From Macrostomum lignano (taxonomy: Eukaryota): a stretch of 64,000 nt of DNA. The notes beneath the pieces are model-generated. The model did not search any database. It saw nothing but the letters and a program-made list of their open reading frames with translations, and was not told the DNA's origin. The DNA lies in NCBI GenBank assembly GCA_002269645.1, contig NIVC01000909.1:1-64000 (forward strand), given 5' to 3'. The first letter of the stretch is position 1, and every line of letters begins with the position of its first letter. This document shows positions 1 to 13,514 of this stretch, piece by piece. A program made the translations under genes and the position numbers.

Positions 1-1280
1 GTGTCCATGGTAAACAGAGCTTTAGCTCATTTTGTGCGTTAAACTGTGATTAACATCAGGGTGCTTTCATATCTCCGAGATTTCATATTTCCGAAACTTC
101 ATACTTCCGAGAGGCTTAGTAATGGACTTCCTATCTCCGACACTTCAAATATCCAACACTTTATATCTCCGACACTTCATATCTCCGAAACTCCATATCT
201 CCGACACTTCATAATCATATCTCCGACACTTCATATCTCCGAAAAGCTTAACCCTAACCCTAAGCGGGCCTAGTCGAACCCTAATCCCAACGGAGAAATA
301 AAGTTTCAGAGTTGTTAAAGAGGCTGCTTTTCGAAGACACAAATTTCGTAGATATGAATGCCTCCCCCCGATCCCCCTCCCCTGTAACCCTGTAATCAAG
401 CATAATTAATCAACTACACATAATATAATGCGATGTGACACGTGGCGGTTTGTGTGCAAGAGGCCAATAAAAGAGCACGCCACACAAAGAAAAGGTTTAA
501 TTGGTCAGCAGATCTATTATTTGGGGGGGGAGGGTAGACTCAGACTCCCCCCGAATGTACACCCAAAATCTAGTCCGACAACCTACTTAATTGGAATAAT
601 TTCTTTACCCGAATGAACCAGCTTTCAGCTGAGTTAGCGAGATATATAGTCTATGAACAGTGAATGTACAGTCCGTCACACGACCAACCCCCCGCCCCCC
701 AAGCCAGCGCGTGGTCCCAAGACTAAAACATGTGCGCCAAGCGGAGGGGTGTAGGGTGGTGGGGCATACGTGGGCAAGTAAGTTCTGTCGGGCGGCTCCT
801 GTCTTTCCTGACTGACTTGCCCTGCCTGCCTCCCCCCCCCCTACCTACACCACATGGCGCACACAAAATCTCAACGCCTCGGCAGACCAAAACCGATATA
901 TCATTGCGGATAGTTGATTGTGCTGTTAGTCCGTTTAATTTTTCTGTGCATTCCCCGCCTCCAGTAAAAAACTTTTTACTATTCTTTTTCGTCATGCTAA
1001 ATATAAAATAGGCGACGGAAATAATTAAATAAAACGGCCTGACGAGACAAAAGACAGACAGTCTGGTGGCAAACAATTCTTACTGCGCTAATTGTTGCGA
1101 ACTAAAAGCAGAAGACAGCAGAGCAAGGCGAGAAGAAAGATTTTTCTGCTCCGAAAAAGGCTACTCAGTATCTTGAGTCTATTTAATAGCTGGCTCTATC
1201 ATCTTACCCGTTGTCGTTTGAAGCATCTTTTAGATTTCTGTTGGCTCAACAAAAGCATAGCCCAGAGCTACTTTTTCAAT

Positions 1281-3627
1281 ATGTCAGCCGCCAATGCTGC
1301 TAATTTGGCTGCTCAATCGCATTCGGTACCTCCTCAATCGCCGGGTCCGCCTAGACACGAGATGACACTGCAGTGGACTTTGGACACTGCCACAAGGAAT
1401 CAGCAGCAGCAGCAGCAGCAGCAGCAGCATCATCATCATCGCCATCATCAGCAGCAAAACCTGCTACTGAATGCGACTCAGTCAGCTGAAGGTGATTCTG
1501 CATACTCCAACGATGAAGCAACGCTGCCGATGCCAGCTGATTTTGGTGACACCTCGGTCGACGAAGCCTGCTCGCTGGTTGACAGCACCGCTTGGCATGA
1601 GAATGACCTGATACTGGCCGCCGAGCTGGGTGAGCTGACCATCACAGCATTGCTTTTAAACACATTCAAAGGGGGTCATTGGGGAATCACGGGACCCTTC
1701 TAGACGGAATAACTTTAATTTTTAGGTTAAACAGTAACACTTCTTTAAAAGCTAAAAATCTCGTCTGTGGCGCTAAATCTGCGCAAATGCATGCTCGTAC
1801 AGTAACTGGGAACTGGGACTTTTCCCTCTTTCATGCATTCAGCATTCCTTCAAAGTCCTCTTGGTGGTCTACCTCATCATAATTGTCTAGCTCAATTTCG
1901 ATGTCTGACTCTCACTCTCACGAATCGTTACAGAGGAGGAGAAGCCATGAAGTTAAGAATTTAGTAGAAGTTTGATATGAAAAAACGCGACAAATTTGTG
2001 ATACTCTAGACTCTAAAGGGCTCTGTGACTAGTTCATATGCTGTACATAAAAATTTGAGAGAGGCAACTGAAGAGCAGAAAGAGAGAACGGTAGGATGAG
2101 AATGAGAAGGGCTCAAGTAAGAAGTGTTATATTGGGAGATGAACGAAAAAGGCACAGGATGATAATACTAAGATCTACGCATATTTCTTGTAAAAATTAG
2201 TCAACTTTAAATTAGTGGATGCAACCTTTTTAGAATAAGCTTACCCCCTAGCTAGAGCATAGAACTTATAGAAGTAAAAATCAAACTTAACTTAGCTAGT
2301 AGCTAGTGCTATTATTGCTCTTGTTCCAACCTCGCCAACCGTAGCTTATCTCTGATTAAATGAAAAACGACACTCCTCCTTTGCAGGCAAGGCTCTGCTG
2401 GAACGAAATCGCGACCTGGAGCTTCAGTTATCTGGACTTAAAGGCCTCTGCGAGCACCAGACCCAGGAGATCGAGCTCCTGACCCGCCAGGTGCAAACCC
2501 TTCGCGGCCTGAACGACGGAAAAGCGCGAATGGTTGAAGAAGTTGACAGACAGTACGCCGAACTCGAGGCTAGAAACCGGGAACTTCTGGCAGAGCAGGC
2601 GACCGCTCGAGAGCGAGCCGCTGCCCTTGGTAAGCAGTGCTCAAACTTAGAGGCTCGAGTAGAGGAGCTCAACCAGCAACTGGAGCAGCGAGACGCTGCT
2701 GCAGCCAATGCCGCAGCAGCAGCCGCAGCAGCAGCCGAAGCCGCCGCCACAGCCGCCACCGCCAGTGCTGCATCGGAAAAGTCCGGCGATCTTTCCCGAC
2801 TTGGCCGCCTGACAAAGTCGATGGTAGCGCGGACGTCGAGCTACCCGCAGCTGCCGCCGGCTGTTGACGAACCCGATGCCGCCCTAGCAGCCGCAGCTGT
2901 TGCTAACAGCGAAGCTCGAAATCGTCGACTGCTTGCCGAGCTGGCAGCGGCTGAACAGGACGCTGAACTGGCCCGCCAGGAGTGCGCTCAGCTGCGGCAG
3001 CAGTTGTTGGAGCAGCACCAGCAGCATCAGCAACATCAACAGCGACTCCATCGACCAATGCCTCCTCGAAGCTATCGCCCATTAAAAGATGCGGACGAGT
3101 TCGAAGAATTTCTACAGGTCGGCGTTGATAACTTTAACAGTTTCGTAGTTGGCGGCAACGACGACCTGGCCTCGCCAATCGAATCTGACGTGCAGCAGAT
3201 TCGCGGAGACGCTGACTGCGGCCAGCTGCTGTCGGGCGGTACCGTGTTCTCGTCCAGAGAGAATTTATCCCGACTTGGGGCTACAAAGAAGCTGGCCGGA
3301 ACGGCCTTGGCTGAGATCTCTCTTCTCACTGAGCTAAATGATCAGTACAACCGGCTGGTTGTGGAGTACGAGCAGCTGCTGGCGGGCAAGCAGGCTCGAG
3401 TGTCCATGGCCCAAGCTCAGTCGCAGACTCTCAGCGATGACGCTCTGTTAGCAATGGGCAATGATGAAGGCGAGTTGAGTAGAGCGACTTTCGAGCAGCG
3501 GCTCAGCGGGATATTTGCCGAAGAGACAAGATCCGAACGAAAACGGCTAGTGAACCAAGACTACAGGCCCAAGTACAAAGATCTGTTCCGCGACGCAATG
3601 TCTAAACTTCGCGATATGAAATCGTAA
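1281..3627 (+). CDS. CDR2: CDR2/CDR2L (centrocortin)-like coiled-coil protein, 2 exons (1281-1629, 2387-3627), 529 aa
   Basis: A phase-1 GT-AG intron (G|gtgag ... ttgcag|GC) joins ENDLILAAELG to KALLERNRDLE..TQEIELLTRQVQTLR, matching the recalled CDR2 N-terminus (DLQLAAELGKTLLDRN..QEIEYLTKQV) with its AAxxG CC1 box. The C-terminal PKYKDLFRDAMSKLR matches the CDR2 YKxLFxEIF motif. Spliced length is 1590 nt, in frame. Confidence 0.85.
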
Positions 3628-6150
3628 AGTTTTTTAGCATTCTAATATTTGTTTCCAAGCTAATATAAATCTCTCTTCCGTTAATTAGCACCAGTTTTGC
3701 TAAAGAGTGTTTTTGTAGAGTATATTTTTATAGATTATATATTGGTTGACTGAGTTGTCAAGAAACTTACACCCGTGGGCAAATGAAGTACAAAAATGCA
3801 CTGGAGACCTATTTTTGCGGCCAAATACATTTTCGAGCTAGGAATTTTCCCGTTTTATAGTACCTGCATTAAGTACTCCTTAACTTCAAAATAAAGTTTT
3901 GTCCTTTGTCCTTGTTATGCAATACACCAATAAGTGCTTCGATCGGAAATCCAATTGGTTCAGCTTTGTAGTTAAGACTTTTAAGACAGTTTATTAATCC
4001 CGATAGAGTGGAGTCGTTCTAATGAGCTTTCAATTGCAATTTTGAGTTGCATTGTCATTGTTATGCTGCGGTCGTTTTTGGAATAAATTTCTCTTTGTCC
4101 CTGAGTTTTTTTCTGTGTCGTTATGATGACTATTAACGATAATTTTGTACTCTTGGGTCGGGCTTTTCGTAACCTATTGAATTGTTATACTTGGTTGGAA
4201 TATTTAAACTGTGTATATGATTCTGTAATTGGGTAAATTATTTAATACGCTCGTATTAGCTATTTTTCAGTGCCATAATTGGCATTGCCACTCCTATGCT
4301 TCTTTCCTCTTCATCTCATAATAAAACTTCAGGTGAATCAGGTTGTGTCAATATATGCTTCTTCACTGCGAAGGATTTTCGAACCGAACTTTTATATGGT
4401 TAATAATGTTATGCTTTTGCCTGCGCTATTTTTGCTTGAAACTTTTTTTTGGCCTTCATTTTCAATAAATATGACACATCTGTGCCAATTTATTTGTTCA
4501 ATGTTAAGGAGAGGGGCTTCAAAAGAGTTCTTTCCAATTCTTACTGTCTCGTTTGAGTCGCGTTGGATTGCCCTATGCCTGATCTTTTCATCTACGAGTT
4601 ATGCAGAACTTGACAAATATTTGTCATTCATTAGAAAGCCACGGTCACTCGCATGCCAAAATGATTGTACTGTATAGTTCATTTAATTAGCTTAAATTCT
4701 TGGCAAACTTCACTAAGTAGTGCCGAGTCAAATCATTTATTTAAGACCCATTCAAGTTGGCAGGCATCTATGACTAAATCCATGTATGAACATATTAAAC
4801 AAACGGAGTAATATGATAAACTTTAAATTAAAACCGTAAGTTTCTTCAGTCTTTGGTGAGCTGTGCAATGTTAGTCATTGAGTAGCGTTACTAGCATGCG
4901 CTACTGGTTACTGACAGTAGACTAAGTAGAATTATAATAATTTAGTTTCTTCCGAACTTAATTGCAATTGGGCATGCGATTGCTCCAACTGTTCAGTCAG
5001 CTTAAATGTGCATGTACCAATTGGATGTCATCCGGAATGGGGCCCGAAATCAGGCTCCGACTCAACTGGACTCTGAAGAAAGTATAAAATTTTCTTTGAA
5101 GGATGGCCGGGGAATTCCCAGCGTATCAGGTTTGTTTATTTGACATGCTCCAAACTTGATAAGCATAAAAATCTCTAATTTAAAGCAGTTTCACGACCTA
5201 CGCATAACTTTCCTAGAAAAAATTAAAGCATTAAAATACGGGTTGATACCCGGATATAAAATTGAATTGGTGGCCCGCCGGGCCCTATGCAATGCATCGC
5301 AGCCTTGCAATCTCTGACGATCAGAAAGCAACAATTGAAGCAAAGCAGTAATTATACTTGAGCTAGGACAAGTTAATATGCATTTCACATCTTTCCGCTC
5401 ATTATTGAGCCATATACAGGCGCGGAAAGATGAATATGCAGTCAGTCTCGACTCTCAACTGAACAAGCCCGTATATTCCAGCTGACAGCAATTAATCAAA
5501 AATAGCAGAGAAGAGAGACAGTTGTGTTTGAAAGGCTTTCATTATATTGTTGACAGGACTGCTCATAAATATGGCTCGTAAGCTTTGTGGTATATTGTTT
5601 AGACTTTTCTAATAGCTCTAGCTAGATTGCGCTGATTGTTTAAGCAGAGAAGGCGCTTCATTGCATATTGCACAATAGTTCATTTTAAAGACTAAGTGGA
5701 AGAGCAGCCAAAAGCTAAACAATAGACGCAAAAACTTTCGGTATAACCTAGCTGGTATTAGCTATAAGCCCTTGGCATGTACACCCGGTTTGCGGCATGC
5801 CGCAGCACAATTCTAAAAATGAAAATAATGGGATAGAGAAAAGCTAGCCTTTTTGAAAAAGACTATTTAACGACCTATTTACTCGCACTAAAAAGGCAAA
5901 CTCTATGAGTGCCTGCGACTCCGCGATAACGACTCTCGAAGTTGTCACCATCCGAAATCAACATGGTTGTCAACAAGCACCGCATTCGATTGCAGTCGTC
6001 ACGTACTTTGACGATATTGGTCCTGCTGTTTCTTCTGCAGGATCCGCTGGTTGTTTCATCAGATAGCAGTATGTTGACCATGATTCTAGCACCTGTGTCT
6101 TACGTATTACTTTACTGCATGCATATATACGAGTTATTATTTATTATCAA

Positions 6151-6256
6151 GTGTATTTCTCAAGGACACAGATTGTTCCGAGTGGGTCGAGAATCGAACC
6201 CCACACCTATCAGCTGGTCGTGGGTCCGACGCTCTACAACCCCCACTGACTAGCTA
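6151..6256 (-). mobile_element. 5' fragment of tRNA-derived CORE-like SINE
   Basis: The reverse complement shares tagagcgtcgga, the B-box ggttcgattctcga and cggaacaatNtgtgtccttgag with the copy at ~58745. Confidence 0.65.
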
Positions 6257-7170
6257 TATACGAGCAATAGGAGTCATCAACAGCTATCGCATCCCCCGCT
6301 GTCTCGCGGCACAAGAATGCATGCAATTAAATTAAGCAATGTCATAGCGATTCAGTAATGTTTTAAAGAACCTTGAGCATGCAGTGGCCGTAGCTTGTCG
6401 TGGATGCGTCTGTCAGCGCATACTTTTGCGAGCTCATTAGTGAAGCAGGACACCCTAATTACCCCTCTTTCCCCTCTGGCTACGCCCCTGCTGGCATCCC
6501 GTATAATATTCCGACGTCTGCCGAAGTTACCAATGTACCCAACGTCCAACATACGTCCTTGGCAAATGAGCTCTTTTACAATACATGTAAATCCACGGAA
6601 TTAGTGACGCCGCCTGCTAAAAATTCGATTCAGAGTACTAATAAAAGTAGATGAATAAAGATTTGAAACGTAAAATCTTTCATACTGCCCAAAATGCAAT
6701 CGCCATAAAGAAAATTTTTTCTTTAATTTTATGCGCAGCAAGAGTGGTAGGAGCTAAGAGGGCGTGTGGCTTTTGATTGACGGACAAAAGTTAAAAAAGC
6801 CAAAATTTGGTCTCTGTCTACTAGTACTTGCGTGAGGGTTGAACCCCACTTTTCACTAATGTTGGTTTAACGTCGGCGTAAGTACTCGTAGAAGTAACTT
6901 ACTGATTATTTTTGTCATCGACGCGTGGTAGGACATCTCCGATGTATTCGATGTTGCATTGGCGTTGTATACACGTACGCGTATCCTGATCATCATTAAC
7001 TGTTACATGTAGATGAGTCACCAATCAGATTGCTTTCTACCTCACGTGACAGCGCGAGTTAGTATAGGAAGGGGATTAACTACTGCCGAGTAGTATACTT
7101 ACCAACATAACCGACCACTACATACAAGCTATATGCTTCATTGCAACCTTGACTGATAAAAATCCCGCAG

Positions 7171-10034
7171 AAAGTTATGCTATGAAGCTGGAATCGTGGA
7201 CGTCTAATCTGTACTTGACATTTTCATGCAGCTTAGGCCAAGCCAACGTGTACTTCACTCCGCCCTCTGTGCCTTGGAACAACATTCTGGTTCAAATTCG
7301 GTCTGACTCCGGCTTTCATGCTCGCAAAGATCTAGCGATGGATAATGTTAGTTTCAATGACAATACAATTTTGAATACTAGAATACATGCATATCATATG
7401 CTATTTTTAAACCTTTTGGGCATTTGTGATGCTGATGTATAGAAATTAGCTTGCACAGGGGCGAACCCAGGATAGTAGGGGCGCCCCTAATTTAAAAGGC
7501 TTTAGCATAGCAACCAAGGGCGTTAGCACCAGGGGCTTTAGCACCAGGAGCTTTAGCACCAGGGGCTTTAGCAACCAGGGGCTTTAGCACCAGGGGCTTT
7601 AGCACCAGAGGCTTTAGCACCAGAGGCTTTAGCACCAGAGGCTTTAGCACCAGGGGCTTTAGCACCAGGGGCTTTAGCACCAGGGGCTTTAGCACCAGGA
7701 GCTTTAGCACCAGGGGCTTTAGCACCAGGGGCTTTAGCACCAGGAGCTTTAGCACCAGGGGCTTTAGCAACCAGGGGCTTTAGCACCATGGGCTTTAGCA
7801 CCAGAGGCTTTAGCACCAGGGGCTTTAGAAACCAGGGGCTTTACCACTAGAGGGCTTTAGCAACCAGGGGGGGGGGCTTTAGCACTAGAGGGCTTTAGCA
7901 CTAAGGGCTTTAGCACTAGAGGGCTTTAGCACCAGCGGCTTTAGCACTAGAGGGCTTTAGCACCAGCGGCTTTAGCACCAGCGGCTTTGGCACCAGTGGC
8001 TTTACGAGCTAGCACCAGGGGCTTTAGCACCAGGGGCTTTAGCACCAGGGGCTTTAGCAACCAGGGGCTTTAGCACCAGGGGCTTTAGCACCAGAGGCTT
8101 TAGCACCAGGGGCTTTAGAAACCAGGGGCTTTACCACTAGAGGGCTTTAGCAACCAGGGGGGGGGCTTTAGCACTAGAGGGGGGGCTTTAGCACTAGAGG
8201 GCTTTAGCACTAAGGGCTTTAGCACTAGAGGGCTTTAGCACCAGCGGCTTTAGCACTAGAGGGCTTTAGCACCAGCGGCTTTAGCACCAGCGGCTTTGGC
8301 ACCAGTGGCTTTACGAGCTAGCACCAGGGGCTTTAGTACCTGGGGCTTAATTAGCACTAGGGGTATTTCGCACCTTATTAACGAACTGGTACGCACTGTA
8401 TGTAAATGTACAAATTTAGTTTTTTGCAATGCTACACTATCAGCTTGCCCCTGTCATGCAGGTAAAAAAGCTTGTCAACTCTTCATCGGGACTGGCCAGA
8501 GTAACTTTTACTGACAGCTCAGCCTTCAACTGTTTTCCAAAGCATCAAGGATACCAAGCCTTAGTAAGTGCTTTAATTTTTTTCTTTTTGTTGCTTCATA
8601 ATATAGTTCATAAATCACGCACTAATAACTAATTGCTTCGTTTCGTTATTATCCAGGTAAAGGTCCTGAGCTTCGACAGCACAAATCAGAACTTAGGTTG
8701 CACAAGATGCGAACCATTGACAACACCTCCCGGATGTCTTTACTATCGTGAGTAAATAAAAAGCAGATCGAGTTTAACAGCTAGAGATCTGTTGGTGGGC
8801 GCCCTGTCTCTTGGTGGGTGCCCTGGGTCTCTCAGGTGGGCGACCCAGTCTATCAGGTGGGCGCCCCTGTCTCTTGGTGGGCGCCCCTGTCTCTCAGGTG
8901 GGCGCCCCTGTCTCTCAGGTGAGCGCCCCTGTCTCTTGGTGGGTGCCCCTGTCTCTCAGGTGAGCGCCCATGTCTCTTAGTGGGCGCCCCTGTCTCTCAG
9001 GTGAGCGCCCATGTCTCTTGGTGGGCGCCTTTATAGTCTCCTAGGCTGGTGGATGCCGCGTCCAAGGGGTTTGATCTTCCGTCATTCTTTCAACAAGCTT
9101 GGTTACAGCGATCCTTCATTTAGTTTTTGGAGCGCAATTTTTAAGGCATTCCCCCTTCGCGTACAGCATTGCTGTATTTATAGCCTCTGGGAAATCCAAT
9201 TTGCGTTTGGGACTTAGGGTGCACCAAAAATTTAAGGGTATACTATGCAGCCAGTTACATGCATTGTGCGCAGATTCTATGGGTGCTACAAAATATCTTA
9301 GCGCCATAAAAAGACTTCATACTTAGGGGCCCTAAGCATCGAATTCAGCATTGGGCGCTGAATTCAGTGCTGCTATACATGTAGATGTAGGTTGCTGTCC
9401 TTGGGTATTAAGAATAGAGGGCTTCATGACTCCCAGAACCTCGAAAAAGCTGCTATTTCTTGTGCAACATTCCGACATTTTGCCAACGTACCCGGACGTG
9501 GTTATAGTAATTGGATATTTACATGCATACATTTGCATGTATCACACCGACGGATAGAGTACGTCATCCGTCGGCTGAACGTTAATAAATTACAGCAGCT
9601 AAACTACAGATCGCTATAGACGTCGCGAATGCTGTACAGGCCTTGCACATTGTACTGTACATGTACCTCACCCGCGGTCAACCCCTCAACTCCATACTCT
9701 CTACACAGCAAACGGAACAATGCTGCCTGACACGAACAACTGCAGACGGGCTTCACCCCCCGACCTGACTGGGCCTAGTCTAACGTCTGGTCCTAGCAGT
9801 CCTTCGGCTGAGGTCATCGACATCAACAGAGTCACTGTTACTATTAGTGTCACTGTGTTTGTTCTTCTACTGTTAGCATTTCTGTCAGTCGTTGCAGTCA
9901 GCCATTGCCGTGGTCGATCAGCCCAGGGTGACTTAGCATCATCTAACGATTCGCTAAATAGCGTTCGGGCTAGGTTTTTCACCCAGACACTGACTGCCGA
10001 GCACCACACAGACGTCGCTTGTGGTGCTCATTGA
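7171..10034 (+). CDS. Orphan single-pass membrane protein; exons 7171-7346, 8657-8747, 9709-10034; possible upstream exons 5963-6103 and 6394-?
   Basis: The three exons join in consistent phases (DN|VKV, phase 0; YY-P|NGT, phase 1). They encode a Cys-containing extracellular region, a Ser/Pro/Thr stalk and a hydrophobic segment (VTVTISVTVFVLLLLAFLSVVAV), followed by a short tail. A putative signal-peptide exon lies at 5963, but its link to 7171 could not be resolved. Confidence 0.55.
7500..8340. repeat. 15-bp minisatellite (GGGGCTTTAGCACCA)n with a ~300-bp higher-order duplication, intronic
   Basis: Directly visible. The variant blocks (agaaaccaggggctttaccactag; ttacgagctag) each recur twice. 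Confidence 0.95.
8792..9030. repeat. 21-bp minisatellite (GGTGGGCGCCCCTGTCTCTCA)n, intronic
   Basis: About 11 visible tandem units starting ~45 nt after the 8748 donor site. Confidence 0.9.
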
Positions 10035-10876
10035 TAAGCATAGAGACAATGATTAGAACGTGATTAAAGTTGCCAATTCTTTTAATACCAAAACATACCC
10101 AGCAGCATTGAAAAGTCGCCACCCTTTGTTACAGTGAGCACTTCTTTCGACCAGCGTCTATCATCTGGCCAACCATTATGATATAAAAATACTCGAAAAA
10201 AACAATGAAAACCAGGCGAAAGCGTCAATCCATCCAATATTCGCCCTCCGCTCTTCCCAATACCTCCTCACCCAGCCAACTCTGCGTCGACTAAGGTGAC
10301 GACTTTCTAAATGTTGTTTGAGCGTATTACGTTGCTAATCAAAGTTTTTGTTTGCCATAGCCAGCCCAGAATCAGAATTCATGTAACTGTCGTGCTGTTG
10401 TATTATGTACCAAGGATCACTGTAGACTCTACTACAATGGTTCTTGACATGAAAATGCTTATGGTAACTGCTACAATTGCCTCAATTTTCTCTTTAAAGA
10501 GTCAAAAGCTAAATTGCTTTACGTGTGCACTTTTCGAGCTTCACTATACCTACACTGTAGCACTGCACTCCTAGTATTTATAGTAGTGTCTTTTGCTTCC
10601 ACTCAGAAAATTCTGTCTTTTTAATAAAGAATGTTATACACTGACTGCATAAATACTTCTATGTACAAGCTCTGGTAGAAGTTGGTCTTGCCGAACATGC
10701 ACATGCGCAAGTTCACAGGTCTAATTTTTTATCTTTTTGTAATTGAGGCACGGTAAGGAAAGCTTTATAAGATTGAGAAGCTTTAACTTCAGGAGCACAT
10801 GAGCCCAACCCCTTGGCCTTGTTTATCCCCAGCTTTTAGTTGGTGACAACCGTTGAACAAAACATCTATACTGAAA

Positions 10877-11179
10877 CATACATGCGCAACAGTCGGCCGA
10901 GTCGGCCGACTGATTTGGCGGCCAAACAAGGAAGTCGCAAAAATGCCCACCTAAAAAATACCAAAGTAGTAGTACTAAGTAGCTGACGAGGCATTTTGAC
11001 TTAATAAGACAGTCCTAGTTACTCCTGCCGTTTACCCAAAGTAGCGGTAATTTTGCTTTACGCTACCTTACGCTTGGGTTTTTTTTACATGTAAGTCGCA
11101 TTTTTGGCCAAAAACTACGTCGCATTTTGTTAAAACTAAGTCGCATGGCCGACCGAATTTTGGAGGTTGCGCATGTATG
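10877..11179. mobile_element. hAT-type MITE, 303 bp
   Basis: Perfect 14-bp TIRs (CATACATGCGCAAC / GTTGCGCATGTATG) flanked by an exact 8-bp TSD, TACTGAAA (10869-10876 and 11180-11187). Confidence 0.85.
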
Positions 11180-11187
11180 TACTGAAA

Positions 11188-11416
11188 CAACCCCCAAGGC
11201 ACAGTGAAGTGTACATGCCTTAGAACGATAAATAAAGTTAGAGTCGCTGTACACTCCTGTGAGTGTGGCCTGTGCGTACGACTGCGTATGTATCCTCGTG
11301 CTTGGGTGCCTGCTCAGGGGAGTCGGCGGAATGGACAGTAATGCCTCTCGCCGGTTGTGTGACAATGTCGCTTAAAGTGTGCCACAGTGCAAACGGCCCA
11401 TGCCTCTAATAAAAAA
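11188..11416 (+). mobile_element. 5'-truncated copy of tRNA-SINE family A
   Basis: Matches the 3' part of the 38361-38719 element (cccaaggcacagtgaagtgtacatgcc ... ctcaggggagtcggcggaatgg ... gcctctaataaaa). Confidence 0.8.
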
Positions 11417-11836
11417 TGCGTCCTTGCCAAGAGTCAACATATCCGCAGGTGATATGCAAGTCACTTAAGATTTTCTAGACTAAAAAAGATGAATTATCAT
11501 TGAAGAAAAAGCTAATTGATTTATTAAAAAACCTAGGTATCAAAAATGCCAACTGCTGTCACCACCACAGTTGTTGTACTACATTTACCGTGCTTGCTCT
11601 TCATTGCAGTTTGATCAAGCATGTATTTGGTTATACAACTAACACATACACACACACACACACACACAGAAGATACCCATGAAATTTTGAAACTACAAAG
11701 CTCAAAAAGGTGTTAAAATGGAGGGTATCATTGCTAGATGTGAATAACTAGGACTGAAGAAAAACTTTGAGTAACAAAGAGATGGTAGCAAGGTAACACT
11801 GTCCTAGGTCATTTCTGTCTATTCAACTTGTTTCGC

Positions 11837-12169
11837 TCAAGACTCGAACTTGCCAAGGATGTCTTCGTCTCGGAATAGATAATACTCGACATCGTCCAGC
11901 ATGATTTTGGTGCCGCCAAACTCGGGCAGGAGAACCCGATCACCAGCCTTGACGCTAACCGGTTGAATCTTGCCAGAGTCGAGGAACTTACCAGGACCCG
12001 TGGACACCACCGTAGCTTCCAGCACTTTGCCCATGGTTTTCTCTGGCAGAAGGACGCCGCCTTTGGTTTTTAGCTGCGGTTCAAAGCGTTGCACAAGGAC
12101 TCGATCGAGCTGCGGTAGAAAGCTTTTAGCTGCATTGGTGATCGACCGCGCTGCTGCTGCTGCTGCCAT
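11837..12169 (-). CDS. HSPE1: 10 kDa mitochondrial chaperonin (Hsp10/GroES), intronless, 110 aa
   Basis: Contains FLPQLDRVLVQR, KTKGGVLLPE, VSVKAGDRVLLPEFGGTKI and YYLFRDEDILGKF, all canonical Cpn10 motifs. Confidence 0.97.
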   Translation of the reverse strand: MAAAAAARSITNAAKSFLPQLDRVLVQRFEPQLKTKGGVLLPEKTMGKVLEATVVSTGPGKFLDSGKIQPVSVKAGDRVLLPEFGGTKIMLDDVEYYLFRDEDILGKFES

Positions 12170-13514
12170 TGTTGCTGCTTGTGTTGCTACTCAAAATGTA
12201 ACATGCATTGTAGGTGCCGGTGCAAATGGGAATGCAGTTATACCAATAGAAAGCAGAGGTGTAGCAAGACGAAAATATGGGGAGAAATTTGCTACATCAA
12301 TCTTCATTGGTTACAAAACTTTGTATCTATTCTGTTATGTTTTACCATTTAATCTTGAATCTTGATGCTATTTGTTCAACTCTATATGAACTTATGAACT
12401 ACAATACACTAAAGACCTAGTCTTGATTCCCAAAACCCAATCCTAAACCCAAGAAAAAGCTATTTCCAATCCTAATCCTGCCTGATTTCATCCTACCCGA
12501 CCTCTATATTATATTAAAGTTTCTTAAAAGATTTTTTACCTATAGGATTATAAATCTTATACAAATTAAGTCAAGAAAAAAGGACAAGATCTTATTAAAA
12601 TTCAAGATGCTATTAGTCTTTTAATTATCCTATTATCTAAATTTTGTTATTTGATTTTTGAAAATATTTATGCAAATATGTTTAACTAGGCCCAAGTAAC
12701 TGCCACAAAATATTATTTCCATAATATTAGGGGCCTATATGAAGGCATAAAGCCGAAAGAGAGTTGTATTTAGGCCTATTTAAAATAATATTTTTGGGGC
12801 CAAATATATTAAGGCCTAATTTAAGCCTATATTAGTTTTTAAGCTTACTGTTTGCAAAAAGCTATCTGCAATCTGCAATTAACAAAATAGTTCTATAGAA
12901 TAAATTTTCAATTGTTTAAAGCTTAGCTTAGCTTAGGCCTGATAACATTTAGTTAAATTTTGCTATTTGGACGTTAGGCCTACAAGTAGGCTAGGCTATC
13001 TATAAAAAGTTTAAGATTAAATTTTGAAAGTTTCAGATTCAGAAACAGAAAAAGACCTATATTTCAATTGTTACATTTAGATAAAGCTTTAGTAGGTGTA
13101 AGCCATAAGGCAAGGCCATGGGCATGGCATAGCTGGAAAAGCTTAACTTTTCAACTTAATAAAATGGAAATATGAATGATGGGAAATAAAATAAATTTTC
13201 TATGCCAAAGCCACCCTCCTGACTAAATTTAAGATTTAGGCCTAATTAATACATATTAATAGCTATAGACTGGTATAGTGTTACCTAAAAACTACAATCT
13301 TCATTTTCAAATGATGTACACATTAACATACACCAGGGTAATTCATTCATTCATTGGTAAGTTTTGGGCAATCAAAGGCTCTGCGTCTCAGCCCTTGGGG
13401 GAGGGCTCTTACGCAAATAGTTTTATTTAAAGAGTCCATTTAGAGCGAAACATACAGGGTACCTAAATTGATTATCTCGAACAGCTTTATAAAACTCTTG
13501 TGTTTGTTTTACAC

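Noticed and set aside
100-290. ATATCTCCGA repeats and AACCCT-like motifs
   Set aside because: There are only about two telomere-like units. This is probably an edge fragment of a repeat and is too short to classify.
3900-4700. Stop-interrupted coding-like sequence on the - strand
   Set aside because: No recognisable motif. It could be a decayed TE ORF, but that is unsupported.
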